Made by a program: the position numbers and the translations under genes. The notes beneath the pieces were generated by a model. That model saw only the letters and a program-made list of their open reading frames with translations, was not told where the DNA came from and did not search any database. From an uncultured Dehalococcoidales bacterium (GTDB lineage Bacteria > Chloroflexota > Dehalococcoidia > GIF9 > UBA5629): 64,000 bases of DNA. Where the stretch lies: the NCBI GenBank assembly GCA_964437795.1, contig CAYTIC010000001.1, positions 86,864 to 150,863 of the forward strand, read 5' to 3'. This document shows positions 9,111-18,369 of the stretch, in pieces (the stretch's first letter is position 1; every line of letters starts with the position of its first letter).

Positions 9111-9767
9111 TTAACGCATACGCCGGACCCGGAAACCTTCAGGCGTTATATAACTGCCTTTGCCGGGCTCTTCAGCTGAAGGCTCCTTGCCCTCTCTGCG
9201 AACCGCGACTTCCTTGCCGCCCGTCGGCAACTCGGCTTTGGCCCTGGGTTTTCCGCTGTCCCGGGCTAACAAAACACCCTGTGGTGTCCTGGCCGGACCC
9301 TCGACTGTCTCCTCTTCTTCGGATGGCTTCTCAAGACGTCTCAAGGGCACCCTGCCGTCATCAGCCCTTAACTCGGACCTGGGCAGTTCCCTGGGCCTGA
9401 GCACCCTGCCGGTGCGGCCATAGCCGCGCAGCATCCTATCCTCGGTCACAGCAGGCTCTTCAATAGCAGCAACGGGGGCAGGGGCAGAAGGAGGCGGAAG
9501 CGCGCCGGTTTGGCGCATATCATTTAAGGTGGACTCCAGATCCTTGATCAGGTCGGTCAGCTCGATGGTATCGGCCTCCTCTTCCTCGGAGGCCCAGCTC
9601 TCGATCTCGGTGGCGTAATGCTGTAGTTTGAAGCTGTGTTGCTCAAGCTGTTTGATCCAGTCAGCCAGTTCCTTGGAAGCGTTCTGGATGTCGGGAATCT
9701 CAGTTTCAAGCAAATTCTTGATTAAATTCTGAACCGCGCTTTTTCTCGGCTTTGCAGCCATTTTCAA
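9111..9767 (-). CDS. hypothetical protein (highly charged, low complexity, coiled coil at the N-terminus)
   Basis: 218 aa ORF with no recognisable domain. Consistent codon usage. Confidence 0.35.
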   Translation of the reverse strand: MKMAAKPRKSAVQNLIKNLLETEIPDIQNASKELADWIKQLEQHSFKLQHYATEIESWASEEEEADTIELTDLIKDLESTLNDMRQTGALPPPSAPAPVAAIEEPAVTEDRMLRGYGRTGRVLRPRELPRSELRADDGRVPLRRLEKPSEEEETVEGPARTPQGVLLARDSGKPRAKAELPTGGKEVAVRREGKEPSAEEPGKGSYITPEGFRVRRMR

Positions 9768-9860
9768 CCTCGCTTTAACGGCCCGTACAATGATTCACAA
9801 TATCGTGACCGTAAGAAATTATAACAACGCACATGTACCAATGCAATGCGGGGAGGCAGA

Positions 9861-10118
9861 TCAGGCCTTGCGGACAAACACGTGATACTTGCCCGCAACC
9901 TCCTCAATGCCCAGGAACTCGTTGCCGGTCATCTTGGACCAGTTCGGCATGTCCTGCTTGATACCCTCATCATCAGCCACCACTTCCAGCACCTGACCCG
10001 GCTGCATGATCTTAATCTGTTTCGAAGTATTGACGATCGGCATGGGACAGTATAGCCCGATACAGTCGATGGTTATATCAGGTTTAAGGTTCTGCTTGAC
10101 ATTCTCTATCTCAGGCAT
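9861..10118 (-). CDS. tusA: TusA-family sulfurtransferase
   Basis: 85 aa with the CPMP (CPxP) active-site motif in DCIGLYCPMPIV. Confidence 0.8.
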   Translation of the reverse strand: MPEIENVKQNLKPDITIDCIGLYCPMPIVNTSKQIKIMQPGQVLEVVADDEGIKQDMPNWSKMTGNEFLGIEEVAGKYHVFVRKA

Positions 10119-10132
10119 AAGGTCCCTCCCCT

Positions 10133-10339
10133 TTATTTAAGGGGCTTACCGCAACTGTGGCAGACAACCAGCGTTTCCTCCATAATGAGTGCGCCGCAGT
10201 TATTGCAGCGGCCGAAGCTCACCTTGCAGACCTCGCAGAACGGATTTTCGGCCAAAACGAGCTCCACGTCGCAGTATGGGCAGGTGCAGCGGCAGATCAG
10301 GGGTTTCTTTTCTTTATCATGTTTCGCAGGCATGTTCAT
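10133..10339 (-). CDS. small zinc-ribbon protein (4 x CxxC)
   Basis: 68 aa with CPYC, CEVC, CNNC and CHSC pairs. Overlaps the upstream NifU-like gene by 23 nt, suggesting translational coupling. Confidence 0.5.
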   Translation of the reverse strand: MNMPAKHDKEKKPLICRCTCPYCDVELVLAENPFCEVCKVSFGRCNNCGALIMEETLVVCHSCGKPLK

Positions 10340-10763
10340 CCTCCTCCGGTTCTTCTTTATCCGTAAGTCCGGGAATATCGATCTTGTTCTTTATGGCATA
10401 GTCTTTTATGGCCTTGTGCAGAGCCTGTGCACCCAGGTTGGAACAGTGCATCTTGTTCTTGGGCAAGCCCTCCAGCTCCTTGGCCACCAGCGCAGGGGTC
10501 ACGGTCAGCGCCTCCTGCAGTGTCTTGCCCTTGACCAGGTCGCTGACCATGCTGGAGACGGCGATGGCTGCCCCGCAGCCGAAGGTCTTGTATTTCACAT
10601 CCTCGATCCGATTGTCCTTAACTTTTATGTAAAACGTCATCATGTCACCGCACACCGGGTTCCCAATCTCACCTACACCGTCTGCGTCGGCAATCTCACC
10701 CACATTGTGCGGGCTCATAAAATGCTGCATTACTTTCTCGCTGTATACAGGCATAGCTATCAC
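10317..10763 (-). CDS. nifU: Fe-S cluster assembly scaffold, NifU/IscU N-terminal type
   Basis: NPVCGDMMTF motif and conserved Cys positions. Overlaps nifS by 4 nt. Confidence 0.85.
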   Translation of the reverse strand: MIAMPVYSEKVMQHFMSPHNVGEIADADGVGEIGNPVCGDMMTFYIKVKDNRIEDVKYKTFGCGAAIAVSSMVSDLVKGKTLQEALTVTPALVAKELEGLPKNKMHCSNLGAQALHKAIKDYAIKNKIDIPGLTDKEEPEEDEHACET

Positions 10764-11944
10764 CCCTTCTGTTCTTTGAGATATTTGGAATACAGTGGAG
10801 ACATCTGTCTCAGGCGGTCTACCACCTGCGGAAGTTTTTCCAGTACGTAGCTAACATCTTCTTCGTTGTTGTCAGGCCCCATGGTAAACAGCATGGACCC
10901 CTGGGCCAACTCGTGGTTGATCCCCATGGCCAACAGCACGTGCGAGGCTTTGAGCGCACGTGAGGTACAGGCCGAACCGCTGGCGGCCGCAATGCCGTGG
11001 CTGTTTAGCAGCATGAGTATGGCCTCGCCTTCGATAAAACGCAGGCAGAAGCTGGCATATCCCGGCAGCCTGTTAATCGGATGCCCCGTAAGGGTTGAAT
11101 GTTCGATCCTGCTCAGTACCCCCTCGATCAACATGTCGCGCAATCCGGACAATCGCTTCATTCTTCCCTCGAGGTCGCGTTTGGCTATTTCTGCAGCTTT
11201 GCCCAGTCCTGCGATAGCCGGAACGTCCTCGGTCCCCGGCCTTCGCCCGCCTTCCTGTATGCCCCCATCAAGCAGAGGCAACAACCTGACCCCGCGCTTG
11301 ATCCATAGAGCGGCACTGCCGCGAGGTCCGTTGAACTGATTGCCCGCCAGGCTGAGCGCATGCACGCCGAGCTCTTTGACATTAACCGGTATGTTTCCGG
11401 CGCTGGCCACGGCATCGGTATGGAATACTGGGCCGTCCTTTGACAGACCGGCGGCTATCTCTGCGATAGGCTCGATGGTACCGACCTCGCCGCTGGCGTG
11501 CATAACCGACACCAGGATAGTGTCGGGCCGGACAAGCTTCATAACCTCGGCAGGGTTGACCACACCGTTAGAATCAACGGGCGCCAGGCTGACCTCGAAT
11601 CCTTCTTTCTGCAGCGTGCGCGTGGAGTTCAACACTGAGAAGTGCTCGATGGCGGACACGACTATGTGCTTTCCCTTTTCGGCCCTGGCCCGGGCGATGC
11701 CTTTGATCGCCATATTGTTGGCCTCCGTGCCGCTGGATGTGAAAACGACCTCTTCGGGAACGCCCCCGATCAGCGCGGCGACCTGCTCCCGGGCGCCCTC
11801 AACAGCTTCCCTGGCCCCATCTCCCCAGTCGTGTAAAGACTGCGGATTGCCGAAAACTTCGCCCAGGTATGGCAGCATGGCCTCCCTGACCTCGGGCAAT
11901 AAAGGCGAGGCGGCAACATTGTCCATATAAACCTTTCTCATCAT
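10760..11944 (-). CDS. nifS: cysteine desulfurase (NifS/IscS, class V aminotransferase)
   Basis: 394 aa with PLP-lysine region (SGHKFNGPRG-like SLAGNQFNGPRGSAAL) and a C-terminal active-site Cys loop. Confidence 0.9.
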   Translation of the reverse strand: MMRKVYMDNVAASPLLPEVREAMLPYLGEVFGNPQSLHDWGDGAREAVEGAREQVAALIGGVPEEVVFTSSGTEANNMAIKGIARARAEKGKHIVVSAIEHFSVLNSTRTLQKEGFEVSLAPVDSNGVVNPAEVMKLVRPDTILVSVMHASGEVGTIEPIAEIAAGLSKDGPVFHTDAVASAGNIPVNVKELGVHALSLAGNQFNGPRGSAALWIKRGVRLLPLLDGGIQEGGRRPGTEDVPAIAGLGKAAEIAKRDLEGRMKRLSGLRDMLIEGVLSRIEHSTLTGHPINRLPGYASFCLRFIEGEAILMLLNSHGIAAASGSACTSRALKASHVLLAMGINHELAQGSMLFTMGPDNNEEDVSYVLEKLPQVVDRLRQMSPLYSKYLKEQKG

Positions 11945-11989
11945 TCACCACTACAATAAATAATAATGTAACTTCGGTCTATCTGAAAA

Positions 11990-12901
11990 TCAAAGGGCCA
12001 GCATTTTATCAACGGCCGAGAGCGCACGCTCCCGCACATCGGCCGGCACCTTCACTTCCGGCTTCATATCCTCCAACGCCCAGAGCACCTTCTCCAATGT
12101 TATCTTCTTCATGTTGGGACAGACCGCCTTCAACGTTGCCGGGACGAAAGTCTTGCCCGGGTTCTCTTTTTTAAGCCTGTGCAGTATGCCTGTCTCAGTT
12201 CCGATTATCATGACTTTAGCACCTGAAGTGGGCGCATAACGCAGCATACCACCGGTGCTGAGTACCTCGTCTGCGACTTCGGTCACTTCCGGCCGGCATT
12301 CGGGGTGAACCAGGGCCACAGCACCCGGGTACTTCTTTTTCTGATCGATGATATCCTGCGCCTGTATCTTGACATGGGTAGGGCAGAAGCCCGGCCACAG
12401 GACCATGGGCCTGTTGAGCCTGGTCGCTACGTAATGCCCGAGATACTGGTCGGGTATGAAAAGTATTTCCCCTTCACCCATGCTCCGGACCACGTTGACC
12501 GCGTTGGCCGAGGTGCAGCAAATGTCGGACTCGGCCTTAACCGCCGCCGACGAGTTGACGTAGCATACGACGCGTGCCCCCGGCAGCTCCTTTTTTCGGG
12601 CGACCAGTTGTTCCTCCGTAATCATATCGGCCATGGGACAGCCGGACTGCGCATCGGGCAGCAGCACCAGGCTATTGGGAGACAGGATGGAGGCCGTCTC
12701 AGCCATGAAATGCACGCCGCAGAAGACAATTACCTCAGCCTTCACCTCGGCCGCTTTGCGGCTCAACTCAAGCGAATCACCGACGAAGTCGCCGATGTCC
12801 TGTACCTCCGGGCGCTGGTAGTTGTGCGCAAGGATGACAGCACCGCGTTTTTTCTTCAATTCGAGTATCCTGTCGATCAGTTCCTTGTTTTTGTTATCCA
12901 T
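11990..12901 (-). CDS. nadA: quinolinate synthase A
   Basis: 303 aa with the ILAHNYQ signature and conserved Cys residues. Confidence 0.85.
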   Translation of the reverse strand: MDNKNKELIDRILELKKKRGAVILAHNYQRPEVQDIGDFVGDSLELSRKAAEVKAEVIVFCGVHFMAETASILSPNSLVLLPDAQSGCPMADMITEEQLVARKKELPGARVVCYVNSSAAVKAESDICCTSANAVNVVRSMGEGEILFIPDQYLGHYVATRLNRPMVLWPGFCPTHVKIQAQDIIDQKKKYPGAVALVHPECRPEVTEVADEVLSTGGMLRYAPTSGAKVMIIGTETGILHRLKKENPGKTFVPATLKAVCPNMKKITLEKVLWALEDMKPEVKVPADVRERALSAVDKMLAL

Positions 12902-13487
12902 TTCCTTCTCGTACGTACAGGCGAGCTATCTCGATGGCCGTCCTGACCACGCTCACAGCATCGTTTCCCAATGCCACGAAAAGCGGCTCCTTGCCCCAGC
13001 CATCACCCTCGTAAAAAAGGTCCGGCACCCTGCCGCTGCGGCCGGCAAGCTGCTTTATCTTCCAGGGCATGGACTTGCCATCGGCTTTTGACACTTCGCC
13101 CGGCTCCCTGGTACGGTCGATCCAACCGAATGCCAGCTTCTTCGCGCGGGCGTATTTCTTCACGACCTTTATGATATCGTCGTTGCATTTAAAATTTATA
13201 CCTGCATTGACTTCCGGATTGTACTTCCTGGCCTCCATGATCAATCGCGCCATGTGGTCCGAGGCACCCCACTTTGGCAACCCCGAAGCCCTGGGAAATC
13301 CATTTACCACCGTTATCCTGCCGTCAATAGCGGCTGCTTCTGTAGATTTGCCGGCGCCGGGCAGGGCGTACACTATATTGACGCGCACCTCGGGCATGAG
13401 CATAGAGAACTCCCTGCAGCGCTGAAGCCTTTCCACCGCCAGGCAGAGATTGCCTATAACAATTTCAGCTGCATTTTTCTTCTTCAT
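12894..13487 (-). CDS. putative ThiN-like thiamine-phosphate synthase domain protein
   Basis: 197 aa. Weak resemblance to archaeal-type ThiN. The neighbouring gene is a PurM-fold (ThiL-like) protein. Low confidence. Confidence 0.3.
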   Translation of the reverse strand: MKKKNAAEIVIGNLCLAVERLQRCREFSMLMPEVRVNIVYALPGAGKSTEAAAIDGRITVVNGFPRASGLPKWGASDHMARLIMEARKYNPEVNAGINFKCNDDIIKVVKKYARAKKLAFGWIDRTREPGEVSKADGKSMPWKIKQLAGRSGRVPDLFYEGDGWGKEPLFVALGNDAVSVVRTAIEIARLYVREGNG

Positions 13488-13490
13488 AGG

Positions 13491-14552
13491 TCAGCCCTCG
13501 ACCGCGCTGAAATAGGCCGGCCAGAACGGGTCTGCCAGTACCGGCATCAGCTTCTGTTTTTTCCCCGACTTCCTGATGAACAACCTGTCGCGCGCAGTGA
13601 TCTCCCCGATGTCCCAGGCGGCTATATTCTTCTTTTTCAACCTGGCGATGATCTTGCTGCTATTTGCAGGGGAAGCGGTGATTATCAGAGTGCCTTCGCT
13701 GATGGAGATCAGCGGGTCGATCTTAAACGCCCTGCAAACGGCATCCACTTCATCCGGCACCACGATCCTGTCCTCATATAATGTCACGCCCAGCTTCGAG
13801 GCTGCTGCAATCTCGTAGACGCCGTTTAGCAGCCCTCCTTCCGTGGCATCATGCATGGCGTGCGCCAGCGGCGCCGCCGTGAGCGCATCCTCCACCACAG
13901 TCATCTGCATCAAATATTTCTTGGCCTTTGTCACGGTGCTCCTTCCCAGCTTTTTTGTCAGTGATTTGGCTGCCTGCCATACCAGCAGTCCGGTCGCTTC
14001 GATGGCCGGCCCCTTGGTCATGATCACGCGATCACCCACCCTGGCATTACAGGCCGGCGTAATCTGCTCCCTCTTGCCTATGCCCATCACCGTGCAGCCA
14101 CCGTTCAGCGGATAGGCAATGCCCGGGTAGATGCAGGTATGGCCGCCGATAATGGCGATGTCCAGTTTCTTGCATTCCTCATCCACCTGCCCCCATACCA
14201 TATCCATAACGTCTTCGTCCGTGCCCGGCGGGAACATCAGGCAGATGGTCATATACCTGGGTTTGACGCCCAGAACAGCTACATCGCTGGCGCAGATGTG
14301 CACTATTGCCCAGCCGAAATAGGGCATTATCACGGGCATTGCGAATGTCGGGTCCTCGGCAATAACCATGACATCGCCGCCGGGCAGGTCGATGACCGCC
14401 GCGTCCACGCCGTGCTGAGGGCCTATGAATACCGATTTGTCTTTCTTGCCCAGCCTCGACAGGATCATCCGGTCGAAAGTGGCCCGGTCCAGCTTGCCTA
14501 CTTCAGGTAGCATTACAATCTCCTCACGCGATTTAATGAGATTATAATACAT
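13491..14552 (-). CDS. AIR synthase-related (PurM superfamily) protein, possibly thiamine-monophosphate kinase-like
   Basis: 353 aa with PurM-like N- and C-domains (VFIGPQHGVDAAVIDLPGGDVMVIAEDP). Confidence 0.5.
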   Translation of the reverse strand: MYYNLIKSREEIVMLPEVGKLDRATFDRMILSRLGKKDKSVFIGPQHGVDAAVIDLPGGDVMVIAEDPTFAMPVIMPYFGWAIVHICASDVAVLGVKPRYMTICLMFPPGTDEDVMDMVWGQVDEECKKLDIAIIGGHTCIYPGIAYPLNGGCTVMGIGKREQITPACNARVGDRVIMTKGPAIEATGLLVWQAAKSLTKKLGRSTVTKAKKYLMQMTVVEDALTAAPLAHAMHDATEGGLLNGVYEIAAASKLGVTLYEDRIVVPDEVDAVCRAFKIDPLISISEGTLIITASPANSSKIIARLKKKNIAAWDIGEITARDRLFIRKSGKKQKLMPVLADPFWPAYFSAVEG

Positions 14553-14584
14553 TCGGCGGATCGTTTAATCAACCTGGTTGGTAT

Positions 14585-15301
14585 TCAATTGTTGAGGATT
14601 TCGCCGTCCCTCAGCCGGACCATCCTGTCAGCCCTGCCCGCCAGATCCATATTATGGGTAACTACGATCAGCGACAAACCTTTGGCATTCAATGTTTTAA
14701 ATAGTCCATATATCTTCTCGGATGTTACCGAATCGAGGTTTCCGGTCGGTTCATCGGCCATGATGATGCGGGGCTCGTTGACCAGCGCCCTGCCGATGCT
14801 CACCCGCTGCATTTCACCGCCGCTGAGCTGATGCGGTAAATGGCGCGCACGGTGCGACAGCTCCAGCATGTCCATGATCCCATTAATCCTGTCCTTATTA
14901 ACGGGTTTCCTGCTAAAAAGCAGAGGCAGCTCTATGTTCTCCTCGACAGTGAGAGTAGGCAACAGAAGGAACTGCTGGAACACGAAGCCGATGCTGCCGC
15001 GCCGCACCCTCACCAGGTCGCGTTCTTTCAACCCGGCTGTATCCCTGCCTTCCAGGGAGATACTGCCGGAACTGGGAGTCTCCAGCAATCCTAGCAGGTG
15101 CAGCAGGGTGGACTTGCCCGACCCCGAGGGGCCGACGATCGACACAAACTCGCCCTTGCCAACCGAGAAATCGACGGCCTTGAGTGCGTGCACCTGCTCG
15201 CTTCCCCTGCTGTAGCTCTTGGCCAAACTTTTTGCAGAAATTATTACGTTATTCATTCCAGGTCGCTCCTCATGGCTTCCATAGGCGTCAGGCGGGCGCA
15301 C
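14585..15301 (-). CDS. ABC transporter ATP-binding protein (LolD/MacB-type)
   Basis: Walker A GPSGSGKST, signature LSGGEMQR and Walker B IIMADEPTGNLD motifs. Confidence 0.9.
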   Translation of the reverse strand: MRPPDAYGSHEERPGMNNVIISAKSLAKSYSRGSEQVHALKAVDFSVGKGEFVSIVGPSGSGKSTLLHLLGLLETPSSGSISLEGRDTAGLKERDLVRVRRGSIGFVFQQFLLLPTLTVEENIELPLLFSRKPVNKDRINGIMDMLELSHRARHLPHQLSGGEMQRVSIGRALVNEPRIIMADEPTGNLDSVTSEKIYGLFKTLNAKGLSLIVVTHNMDLAGRADRMVRLRDGEILNN

Positions 15302-16422
15302 TTAACCGCAGGATAGATGGCGCACAAAAGGCCGATCGCCAGGGCGAAGCCGATGCAAACTAATACCAGCATGGGATCAACGCTGATCAGCTCACCTCCG
15401 GGGGAATAGGGGATCACTCCCCGTACGAAGCTCTCCACCAGCTTCGATCCACCCACCGCTACAACCAGTCCCACAGCACAGCCGGCCAGCGTGATAATTA
15501 GCGTCTCGATAACGATCAGCCGTGACACGTCCCAACCGGAGGCCCCTACAGCTTTCATCATGCCGAACTCCCTGGTCCTCTCGTTAACTGACATTATCAA
15601 CGTGTTGATGATGCCGACGGCGCTGATGAAAAGGGCTATGATAATCACTGAGAAGAGCAGTGCCTGTGCCGAGCCAACCAGGTTCATGATCGTGCCCATT
15701 ACCTGCGTCATCGTGACCACCTGTATATCGGGTATCTCCTCGAGCTTCTTCGATATCTCACTTATTCTGGAGATGTCCTTGACCTTGATGGCTATGGTGG
15801 TAAGCTGGCCTTCCTTGCCGAAGATGCGCTGTGCCTGATTGAGCGGCAGGAAATGGAACTCATCGTCCTGGTTGCCCGTGCGCTCCAGTATGCCGACAAT
15901 GGTGGTAGGCTCCTTGTTGGGCCCGAAGTCGAGCACCTGACCGATCTTGAGGTTTTCCTTTTCGGCCAGGCTGCGGCCCACAATCATGACGCCCGTTTCA
16001 TCGTCTTTAAAATACCGCCCTTCCACCTTCCACCAGGGCTTTAAAGCCTTTTGCTCCTCAATATTGATGCCATAGACTATGTGCGGCTTGTCGTCCTTGA
16101 AGAACTGGTGCAGCAGCATGGGGCTGGCTACTTCGATACCGTCTATTTTGCTTACCTGGTCGAGGTCTGCATACGACAGGTACTTCGGTATTACACCGCC
16201 GTGGATGATAAGAGAGGCCGCCTCGTAAGGACAGCCCTTGGGCACGGCCAGCATGTGTATACCCAAACTGCCGAGTTCCCCACCAAGCTGGCGTTCGTAA
16301 CCGGCATTAAATGAGAGCAGGCTGAAAAGGACGGCGATGGCGATGGCCACGCCGGCCACTGTGAGCCCGGTCCGCACATGCCTGCGCATAAGGTTTTTGG
16401 CTGCCAGACTGAATATATTCAA
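15253..16422 (-). CDS. ABC transporter permease, FtsX-like (MacB/LolCE family)
   Basis: 389 aa with an N-terminal TM, a large periplasmic domain and a C-terminal FtsX 3-TM bundle. Overlaps the ATPase gene. Confidence 0.8.
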   Translation of the reverse strand: MNIFSLAAKNLMRRHVRTGLTVAGVAIAIAVLFSLLSFNAGYERQLGGELGSLGIHMLAVPKGCPYEAASLIIHGGVIPKYLSYADLDQVSKIDGIEVASPMLLHQFFKDDKPHIVYGINIEEQKALKPWWKVEGRYFKDDETGVMIVGRSLAEKENLKIGQVLDFGPNKEPTTIVGILERTGNQDDEFHFLPLNQAQRIFGKEGQLTTIAIKVKDISRISEISKKLEEIPDIQVVTMTQVMGTIMNLVGSAQALLFSVIIIALFISAVGIINTLIMSVNERTREFGMMKAVGASGWDVSRLIVIETLIITLAGCAVGLVVAVGGSKLVESFVRGVIPYSPGGELISVDPMLVLVCIGFALAIGLLCAIYPAVKCARLTPMEAMRSDLE

Positions 16423-16434
16423 ATAACCACCTTC

Positions 16435-16926
16435 CTAAAAATCAACTTTTGTACCGATCAGGTACACATCGCTGCCCTCGGTGATTACCCTGGCAGTGAC
16501 CTTGGCGTAAGACCCCTTTCTCTGGGGAATTACCAGGTTGCTGGGATTCAAATCGATATAAATGACGGCGTTGCCGTCCTTAAGAGTAAACCAGCACCCC
16601 GACGGGCATTCGCTGGCTATTTTGCCATCCACCACCACGGTCTTTCCGCCGAATCCTTTGGGATCCTGCAGGATGTCCGCGATACGAACGGCCTGCGTTG
16701 AGACTATTGATGGAGGCGCCCCGGTCGATGAAGTGCCATTATCGGCCGCACCGCCGGTGACTGGATTCCCTGCATTACCGGTCGGTGAGGTAGACGTGGT
16801 CTTCGATGGGACCTGCGTGGCGGGCTGCTGCTGGACGGGAGGGCTGATAGCCGGCTGGGAACACCCAATTAACAACGTTGCAGCCAGCAATACCAGCAAC
16901 ATCCCCGCGAATATTTTCATTTTCAT
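16435..16926 (-). CDS. lipoprotein, hypothetical (likely periplasmic partner of the ABC system)
   Basis: Signal peptide with lipobox LLIGC, a Thr/Pro/Gly-rich linker and a C-terminal beta-rich domain. Confidence 0.5.
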   Translation of the reverse strand: MKMKIFAGMLLVLLAATLLIGCSQPAISPPVQQQPATQVPSKTTSTSPTGNAGNPVTGGAADNGTSSTGAPPSIVSTQAVRIADILQDPKGFGGKTVVVDGKIASECPSGCWFTLKDGNAVIYIDLNPSNLVIPQRKGSYAKVTARVITEGSDVYLIGTKVDF

Positions 16927-17127
16927 ACATACATCTCCTTGGTCTACGTTAAAGTGAGAACTGCCTATTTAAACAGGCGGCTTGCATAGATATTAAATGG
17001 CCTTAAGGCCTTCGTCAATTAAGGTAATGATATATGGCGATTATGAATTCCGTATGAAAATCGGCCCAATTATTGGTGAAGCCGGAGACATTAAATAAAA
17101 CCCTGTTTTCCTGTATAATCGGTTCGT

Positions 17128-17994
17128 ATGGACGCCATTAGCATCGCGACAAAGCTTATCGGCCTTTACAGCAAAAAGGCCCTCTCAGGCAGCGGTCAGA
17201 AAATCAAGGTAATCAGCCTGGAGGACAGCCGTACTGTTGCTTTGCGCAGCGGCCTTATACCTCTGCAAACTGAAATAGTCTGCTTCGAAAACAGTGTTAT
17301 CCCTATGCGCTACCTGCGCAACATGGGCACTATCGGCATCGAAGGGCAATTGAAGCTACTGCGCTCTACTGTGGCGGTCTGCGGCGCCGGCGGCCTGGGA
17401 GGCACCGTTATCGAGCTGCTGGCCAGGCTTGGTGTCGGACACTTAGTGATAATCGATAACGGCAGGTTCGTGGAAAACAACCTTAACCGCCAGATCATGT
17501 CGGAGGAGAATGTCCTGCGCAGATCAAAGGTGAAGGTAGCCGCCGAACGCGTCAGGCGCATTAACTCCGCGGTGGTTGTAACGGAGCGCCCGGCCTATAT
17601 CGATGATCCCAGCGTGGACAGGCTGCTGAAGCAGGTGGATGTCGTAGTGGATGCACTCGATAGCCTGGCCACGCGGCTGGTAGTTGAGGCAGCCTGCCGG
17701 AGGCTCGGGGTTCCTTTTGTACACGGCGCCATCGCAGGCTTCAACGGCCAGGTGATGACGGTGCTGCCGGGCGACAAAGGTCTTGCCGCCATTTACGGCC
17801 CCGGACGTGACAGCAGCGGCCTTGAGGCCATCACGGGCAACCCGCCCGCCACCGCTGCCGGCATCGCCGCCTGGGAGGTACAGGAGGTAATCAAACTGGT
17901 CACCGGTACCGGGACCCCCGTGCGCAACCGGCTGCTCTTTTTGGATTTCACCGACGGCAGCATGGACGAGATACCACTGGCGCAGGATATTTGA
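17128..17994 (+). CDS. ThiF/MoeB/HesA-family E1-like adenylyltransferase
   Basis: GAGGLGG nucleotide-binding motif and a Rossmann-like domain. 288 aa. Confidence 0.8.
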   Translation: MDAISIATKLIGLYSKKALSGSGQKIKVISLEDSRTVALRSGLIPLQTEIVCFENSVIPMRYLRNMGTIGIEGQLKLLRSTVAVCGAGGLGGTVIELLARLGVGHLVIIDNGRFVENNLNRQIMSEENVLRRSKVKVAAERVRRINSAVVVTERPAYIDDPSVDRLLKQVDVVVDALDSLATRLVVEAACRRLGVPFVHGAIAGFNGQVMTVLPGDKGLAAIYGPGRDSSGLEAITGNPPATAAGIAAWEVQEVIKLVTGTGTPVRNRLLFLDFTDGSMDEIPLAQDI

Positions 17995-18281
17995 GCATGG
18001 CAACAGTCAATATGAGGTTTGTCGGCCCATGGCGCCTTTATATGGGCGTGGAGAGGTTCACTCTCCAGGCCGACACAGTCGAGGACGCCCTCGAACAGGT
18101 TGAGGCGGCCTACGGCCACAAGTACCATGAGCGATTGCTGAAGGGAGGCATCACGGACAAGCGCAAGATAGGCGGTGACAGCAATATCCTGGTCAACCGC
18201 GTCCATATCAGGCAGCTGGCCGACCACAGCCTCAAGGACGGGGACAGCATCGACATCATACCGCGCTTCGTCGGAGGCTGA
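17991..18281 (+). CDS. MoaD/ThiS-family ubiquitin-like sulfur carrier (C-terminal Gly-Gly)
   Basis: 96 aa ending ...IPRFVGG. Overlaps the ThiF-like gene by 4 nt. Confidence 0.6.
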   Translation: MSMATVNMRFVGPWRLYMGVERFTLQADTVEDALEQVEAAYGHKYHERLLKGGITDKRKIGGDSNILVNRVHIRQLADHSLKDGDSIDIIPRFVGG

Positions 18282-18369
18282 CGAAGATCAACGTACGCTG
18301 CGGCCATGTAGTAACCCGATTTCTTTAGTGATAGAATAGGCGGAACCAGAGATTTGCAGGGAGTGTACT

